Positions 14,933 to 16,435 of a stretch of DNA of 16,435 nt are shown here, in pieces; the first letter of the stretch is position 1; each line of letters starts with the position of its first letter. A program made the position numbers and the translations under genes. The notes beneath the pieces were generated by a model. It saw only the letters and a list, made by a program, of their open reading frames with translations. It searched no databases and was not told the DNA's origin. The DNA is from Candidatus Hydrogenedentota bacterium (GTDB lineage: Bacteria; Hydrogenedentota; Hydrogenedentia; Hydrogenedentales; SLHB01). The stretch lies in assembly GCA_045863335.1 (NCBI GenBank), contig BTVY01000041.1, positions 1 to 16,435 on the forward strand, in the 5' to 3' direction.

Positions 14933-16225
14933 ATGAGTCCACTAATGCGAACTCGACTATCCATCATGATGTTCCTGCAGTTTATCGTGTGGGGTGCTTG
15001 GTATGTAACCATGGGCACCTATCTCACGTCGATAGGGTTTCAAGGCACCAGCGTCGGGTTCGCGTACAGCTCCACGGCATGGGGCGCGATTCTCGCCCCA
15101 TTTCTGGTGGGAATGGTCGCCGACCGCTTTTTCCCCGCCCAAATCGTACTCGGCGTTTCTCACCTGATAGGCGCTGCTCTTATGTTCCTGGTCTCGAGGA
15201 CCACCGATCAGGTTCCGTTCTTCGTGCTGCTGTTGGCATACGCCATCACGTATATGCCCACGCTTGCTCTGGTCAACGCCATCTCGTTTCACCAGATGGC
15301 AGACCCAGAACGCCAATTCCCTTCTATCCGGGTGTTGGGCACACTGGGGTGGATTGTGGCAGGGCTGTTCATCGGGAAGATGGGAATCGAGGCCACCGCT
15401 AAGCCAATGCAATTGGCGGCGGCTTGCTCCGTAGTGCTGGGCATTTACAGCTTCACCCTTCCCAATACGCCTCCGCGTTCAAAGGGCAAGTCGGCGTCGT
15501 TTCGCGAGATCCTCGGAACGGACGCATTGACCCTGATGAAAGACCGGTCCTTCGCAATCTTCGTGATTGCATCGCTTTTGGTCTGTATCCCACTTTCCTT
15601 CTATTACAGCTTTGGCAACCTGTTTCTTAACGAAAACAATATTCAAAATGCCGCGGGCAAACAGACCATGGGGCAGATGTCCGAGTTCTTCTTCCTGCTG
15701 GTGATGCCGTTCTTCTTCAAGCGGCTTGGCGTCAAGAAGATGTTGCTCGTCGGCATGGTGGCGTGGGTTGTACGGTATATCCTCTTCGCGTACGCGGAGA
15801 ACAGCACGCTTGTGCCTCCGTTGACCGCCGATGCTCTATTGACCTCGCTCACCTTCGTATCGATGTTCTATGTAGGTATTCTACTTCACGGGGTTTGCTT
15901 CGACTTCTTCTTCGTGACCGGGCAGATCTACGTGGACAAGAAGGCGCCTGCGGAGATTCGCGCGAGCGCCCAAGGCTTCATCGCGCTCATCACCTACGGT
16001 GTGGGCATGGTCATCGGCACGTGGTTCTCAGGTGTGGTCGCGGAGCACTACCAGATCGTGGACGCCGCAGGCGCCATCGTCGGCCATCACTGGAAATCGA
16101 TTTGGGTTATTCCAGCGGCAATGGCGTTCGTGGTCATCGTCTTGTTCACAATTCTGTTCTCGGACAAGGACGTGCCCGTGGCAGAGAGCGAAGTCGCGGA
16201 ACCCGAAGCGCAACCGGAAGGATAG
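14933..16225 (+). CDS. MFS nucleoside:H+ symporter, NupG/XapB/YegT family (430 aa)
   Basis: RLSIMMFLQFIVWGAW, ADRFF, YMPTLALVN, FPSIRVLGTLGW, GQMSE, LHGVCFDFFFVTGQIYVD, RASAQG; ~12 hydrophobic segments. Start placed at ATG 14933. Confidence 0.92.
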   Translation: MSPLMRTRLSIMMFLQFIVWGAWYVTMGTYLTSIGFQGTSVGFAYSSTAWGAILAPFLVGMVADRFFPAQIVLGVSHLIGAALMFLVSRTTDQVPFFVLLLAYAITYMPTLALVNAISFHQMADPERQFPSIRVLGTLGWIVAGLFIGKMGIEATAKPMQLAAACSVVLGIYSFTLPNTPPRSKGKSASFREILGTDALTLMKDRSFAIFVIASLLVCIPLSFYYSFGNLFLNENNIQNAAGKQTMGQMSEFFFLLVMPFFFKRLGVKKMLLVGMVAWVVRYILFAYAENSTLVPPLTADALLTSLTFVSMFYVGILLHGVCFDFFFVTGQIYVDKKAPAEIRASAQGFIALITYGVGMVIGTWFSGVVAEHYQIVDAAGAIVGHHWKSIWVIPAAMAFVVIVLFTILFSDKDVPVAESEVAEPEAQPEG

Positions 16226-16244
16226 GCGAAGCATTCAACGGAAC

Positions 16245-16435
16245 ATGCGGGTCGGCGTTAACACGCTCTTTCTCATTCCCCGGGAAGTGGGGGGGACCGA
16301 GATCTACGTGCGGAGCGTATTGCCCGCGTTGCAGGCGATCGAACCCAACTTCGAAGTCGTGGTTTTAACCCACCCGGGAAACCACCACACCGTTTCATCC
16401 ATTTAGCGGGTGCGCAACCATGTCCCAGCCCAAAC
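16245..16435 (+). CDS. N-terminus of a GT4-family glycosyltransferase, partial, with an in-frame TAG at 16404-16406
   Basis: MRVGVNTLFLIPREVGGTEIYVRSVL resembles GT4 N-termini; the frame stays open after the TAG (RVRNHVPAQ) to the window end. Confidence 0.65.

Overview
GC-rich bacterial chromosomal window with no intact mobile element, rRNA, tRNA or CRISPR array. The GCP-type lipoprotein and gene styles tentatively suggest a Hydrogenedentota/PVC/Acidobacteria-like organism; this is an inference only. Genes in order: standalone HDOD protein (+); class I SAM methyltransferase (-); orphan MNT nucleotidyltransferase whose HEPN/DUF86 partner survives only as an 11-codon stub (-); Hanks Ser/Thr kinase with TolB/PD40 propellers and no visible TM helix (-); an uncalled 37-aa gene with its own promoter and RBS (+); TRAM-less RlmD-family methyltransferase (-); nnrD-thiL (+); thioredoxin-like protein (-); a two-gene operon encoding an exported FecR-like/DUF6600 protein with a long Arg/Ser/Pro-rich tail and an Asp/Tyr/Gly-rich lipoprotein (-); a divergent soluble Ser/Thr kinase fused to a C-terminal MshEN/T2SSE_N domain (+); NupG-like nucleoside permease (+); and the start of a GT4 glycosyltransferase. 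The best candidates for novelty are the kinase-MshEN fusion, the oppositely charged exported protein pair next to it, and the 37-aa gene.
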